Below, one piece after another: positions 61,250 through 64,000 of a stretch of 64,000 bases of DNA. Location: positions 62,067 through 126,066 of the IMG/VR virus record IMGVR_UViG_3300006204_000004; one strand, written 5' to 3'. Below the pieces are notes generated by a model. The model saw only the letters and a list, made by a program, of their open reading frames with translations. It did not search any database and was not told the origin of the DNA. The position numbers were made by a program, and so were the translations under genes. Position 1 is the stretch's first letter. Each line of letters opens with the position of its first letter. The DNA is from a virus (lineage: Duplodnaviria; Heunggongvirae; Uroviricota; Caudoviricetes).

Positions 61250-63253
61250 TTATGATATCAATTTAATAAAATCTTCTTCTGAAATAATAGGTACATTTAA
61301 TTGTTTTGCTTTTGTATTTTTCCCAGACGTGCTTGTAATATTATTGTTTATTAGGTATGAGGTCTTTGATGATACTGATCCTGATACTTTTCCACCAAAC
61401 TGTTCAATAACACTTACTAGATCATTGCGACTTTTATAGTGATTAAGTGATCCTGTAATAACAAATACTTTGTTCGATAGAATCAAATTGTCAGTTATAT
61501 TATATGGTTCTTTTATATCGGATTCTATATTAAACTCTTTTGAAAGTTTTATTATTTCTTTTTTCTTTTGTGTGATATAATCATTCAATGATTTACACAT
61601 TACTTCTCCAAACCCATCCAGATCATTAGCATTAAACTTCCCATAGTTATAAAATACATAAATGTCGTCTAATAAATCTCTAATAGCGATTTTCTTACAA
61701 AATGATGATACTGTTTTGCTTGCAGTTCGTCCAATCAAAGGAATACATAATCCATATATGAATCTATCCAATGTAGTATTTCTACTTTTTTCAATGCTCT
61801 CTAGCAGCTTATCTACAGATTTCTTACCAAAACCATCAAGTTTATACATTTCTTCCATATGTTCTGACAGGCAGTAAATATCTATAAATGAATTTAACCA
61901 TCCTAAATCAATAAATTTTTGTAGTGTCTGTTCAGATAATCCATCTATATTGATTGCATTTTTACTTACAAAATGTGAGAGTTTACCAAGTAACTTACCT
62001 TTACAATCTGGATTAGTACATATTAGAATTTCTGTATCGCTGTCTTTAACCCTTTGTGTATTCCACCCACAAACAGGGCAAACACTTGGAATGTAAATAG
62101 ATTCTTTTGCTGATATACAATCCATTTTTTCTGCATACTCTATCTGGGGGATAATCATATTTGCCTTATAAACACCAATTTCTTGATACTTTGACACAAT
62201 TCCAAGACTTTTCATAATTGAAATATTATGAAGTGAAGCTTTCTCAACTATTGTTCCATCAATCTCTACCGGCTCAAATACGGCTGTTGGCGTTAAAACT
62301 CCTGTCTTACCCATTGTAAATTCAACATCCAACAACTTTGTAGGATAAACATCATCATAGAACTTATATGCCAGAGAGTGTTTTGGATGGTGTCCTGTTA
62401 CTCCTAATGATTCTCCATAGAGAATATCATTATATACAATAACTAATCCATCTATTGGAAATCTTTTTTCTTTCGCAATATACTTTAGTGAATCAATATA
62501 CTCTTCATAATGATTTTTCCACCCCTTTATTAATACACATGGAACAATTTCAAATCCTAATTTTTCTATACGAGAAAGTCTATATGACATTGTTACCACA
62601 TCATAAACATCTTCAATTCCAGGAACTTTCCATGCAATGAATTTAATATATCTTTGTGATGCTACTCCACTATCTAATTGCCTAACTGATCCGCTTACAA
62701 GATTCCGTGGATTCTTATACTTTTCCTTCTCAGGAAGTTTGCTGTTAATCTTTTCAAAGTCATCATATGTAATGATAGCCTCGCCTTCAACTTCCAAATG
62801 TCCCGTGTAATCTATATGCAACGGAATATTTTCAAATACTCTTGCATTATGAGTTATGATTTCTCCCTCTTCACCATTTCCACGAGTCTCTGCCTGAATT
62901 AACTCGCCATTCTCATAAGTAAGCAGTACAGTTAAACCGTCCATCTTGCACATAAGTAAACAATCTCTATCACCAGCAAATTTCTTTAAATCGTCTACCG
63001 ACTTCGTTTTATCGAGTGATAACATAGGATGCGAATGTTTCACCTTTTCAAGATTTGACTTGACTTCATATCCAACTGTATGTGTTGGCGAATTGCTCAT
63101 TACAACTTTTGTTTCTTTCTCTAACTTTTTTAGTTCATCAAATAAGTTGTCATATTCTTGATCTAATATTTCTGATACAGAATTGTTGTAATATGAATCT
63201 CTATATTGATTAAGCTGCTGTGTCAATTTCTTTATTCTTTGTACTTTATCCAA
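61250..63253 (-). CDS. ligA: NAD-dependent DNA ligase
   Basis: KxDG adenylation motif (CKMDGLTV). Cys4 zinc finger CPVCG...CTNPDC. C-terminal BRCT. Confidence 0.9.
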   Translation of the reverse strand: MDKVQRIKKLTQQLNQYRDSYYNNSVSEILDQEYDNLFDELKKLEKETKVVMSNSPTHTVGYEVKSNLEKVKHSHPMLSLDKTKSVDDLKKFAGDRDCLLMCKMDGLTVLLTYENGELIQAETRGNGEEGEIITHNARVFENIPLHIDYTGHLEVEGEAIITYDDFEKINSKLPEKEKYKNPRNLVSGSVRQLDSGVASQRYIKFIAWKVPGIEDVYDVVTMSYRLSRIEKLGFEIVPCVLIKGWKNHYEEYIDSLKYIAKEKRFPIDGLVIVYNDILYGESLGVTGHHPKHSLAYKFYDDVYPTKLLDVEFTMGKTGVLTPTAVFEPVEIDGTIVEKASLHNISIMKSLGIVSKYQEIGVYKANMIIPQIEYAEKMDCISAKESIYIPSVCPVCGWNTQRVKDSDTEILICTNPDCKGKLLGKLSHFVSKNAINIDGLSEQTLQKFIDLGWLNSFIDIYCLSEHMEEMYKLDGFGKKSVDKLLESIEKSRNTTLDRFIYGLCIPLIGRTASKTVSSFCKKIAIRDLLDDIYVFYNYGKFNANDLDGFGEVMCKSLNDYITQKKKEIIKLSKEFNIESDIKEPYNITDNLILSNKVFVITGSLNHYKSRNDLVSVIEQFGGKVSGSVSSKTSYLINNNITSTSGKNTKAKQLNVPIISEEDFIKLIS

Positions 63254-63265
63254 CCATGTTCTCCT

Positions 63266-63622
63266 TTACTGACTTTCTTTTAGCAAAACATCTTTTAAAA
63301 TTTCAATTACATATTCTCTATCGTTAAAACCATCATCATAAGTTTTCCATTCTTTATTTTTATAATTTCCTGTGATTCTATCAGTAACCGTAATAATGCC
63401 ACGAATTCTATCTAAATTTAAATGATATGGTTTATCTTCTATAATAAAGCGGTTTTCAAAATATGGCTCAAACCAACTCGCAAAGCACCATTTCCATTGC
63501 TTTGTTGTTGAATCAAAATAGAGAAATTTAGGGTCATAATCATCATTAGAAACAGAATAAATTTCTCTAACATCGTTATCTCTCTTATCAATTGCTTTAA
63601 ACATTTTTACTTCTTTAAACAC
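63266..63622 (-). CDS. Hypothetical protein
   Basis: Clean 118-aa ORF. Confidence 0.3.
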   Translation of the reverse strand: MFKEVKMFKAIDKRDNDVREIYSVSNDDYDPKFLYFDSTTKQWKWCFASWFEPYFENRFIIEDKPYHLNLDRIRGIITVTDRITGNYKNKEWKTYDDGFNDREYVIEILKDVLLKESQ

Positions 63623-63636
63623 ACACTTTATTCATG

Positions 63637-63997
63637 CTACACATCATTATTTTCTCTATTATTAGCCTTTACAACATCGAACCCATCTGGATAACGTGCT
63701 TTCAATTTATCAATATTCATTTGCATAATTTCATCCAAATCCCATCTAAAAGCGTGACACATCATGGCAATATACCACATAATATCTCCCATTTCCTTTT
63801 TTTGCATGTTCCTCATCAAAATCTTTTTCATGAAAGATCCATTTCTTAATCATGTCATTAAATTCACCAACTTCTCCAGATAAGCCAAGACAAGCATTTA
63901 AAACTGTACCTGTATCTTCTCCAATTCCATCGTCTGTTGTATCTGATAAGGTTAAATTTAATAACCTCCTTGTTGCATTGTCATCATTTGTTCTCAT
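63637..63997 (-). CDS. MazG-like nucleotide pyrophosphohydrolase, apparent +1 frameshift in a T7/A7 run at 63796-63802
   Basis: EVGEF and EMGDIMWY motifs split across two overlapping ORFs. A6 instead of A7 joins them (…DEEHAKKEMGDIMWY…). Confidence 0.55.
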
Positions 63998-64000
63998 TGC

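Overview
This is a very AT-rich (about 28-30% GC) low-GC Firmicute (Clostridia-like) mobile element. It reads as a phage-plasmid or large prophage with plasmid-type maintenance functions. In order along the window, a small defense island occupies 1-9968. It holds a 5'-partial Type I R-M methylase plus specificity subunit and a PARIS-like AAA ATPase/DUF4435 pair. It also holds three paralogous zinc-ribbon genes, a GC-rich IS4-family transposase remnant, and an HExxH metallopeptidase-like gene. The second block, 10091-36972, is a siphovirus-type adsorption/tail module: a 2555-aa tape-measure protein with an NlpC/P60 domain, Dit, a Tal with a C-terminal intramolecular-chaperone domain, a BppU-like protein and fibres. 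Inserted in that module are DUF3800 and ToxN/AbiQ-like morons. At 29523-35294 the module contains a multi-site invertible DNA system (shufflon-like). It carries three alternative BspA-type LRR C-terminal cassettes for the receptor-binding protein and an adjacent tyrosine recombinase. The third block, 37808-43300, is plasmid maintenance: parA/parB, an iteron array and a Rep initiator, followed by a Uma2 nuclease. Next comes a secreted M4 (thermolysin-like) metalloprotease at 43616-47179. The last block, 47628-64000, is phage DNA metabolism: dUTPases, a Lar-domain protein, NrdD/NrdG with a decayed homing endonuclease between them, a ThyX-like protein, LigA, MazG and an SPFH protein. Below the ORF-track threshold I found three par/Fst-like type I toxin-antitoxin modules. 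Each is a convergent promoter-sRNA-bidirectional terminator facing a 25-48 aa hydrophobic peptide gene. Five apparent frameshifts all sit in homopolymer runs, so systematic sequencing error is likely.
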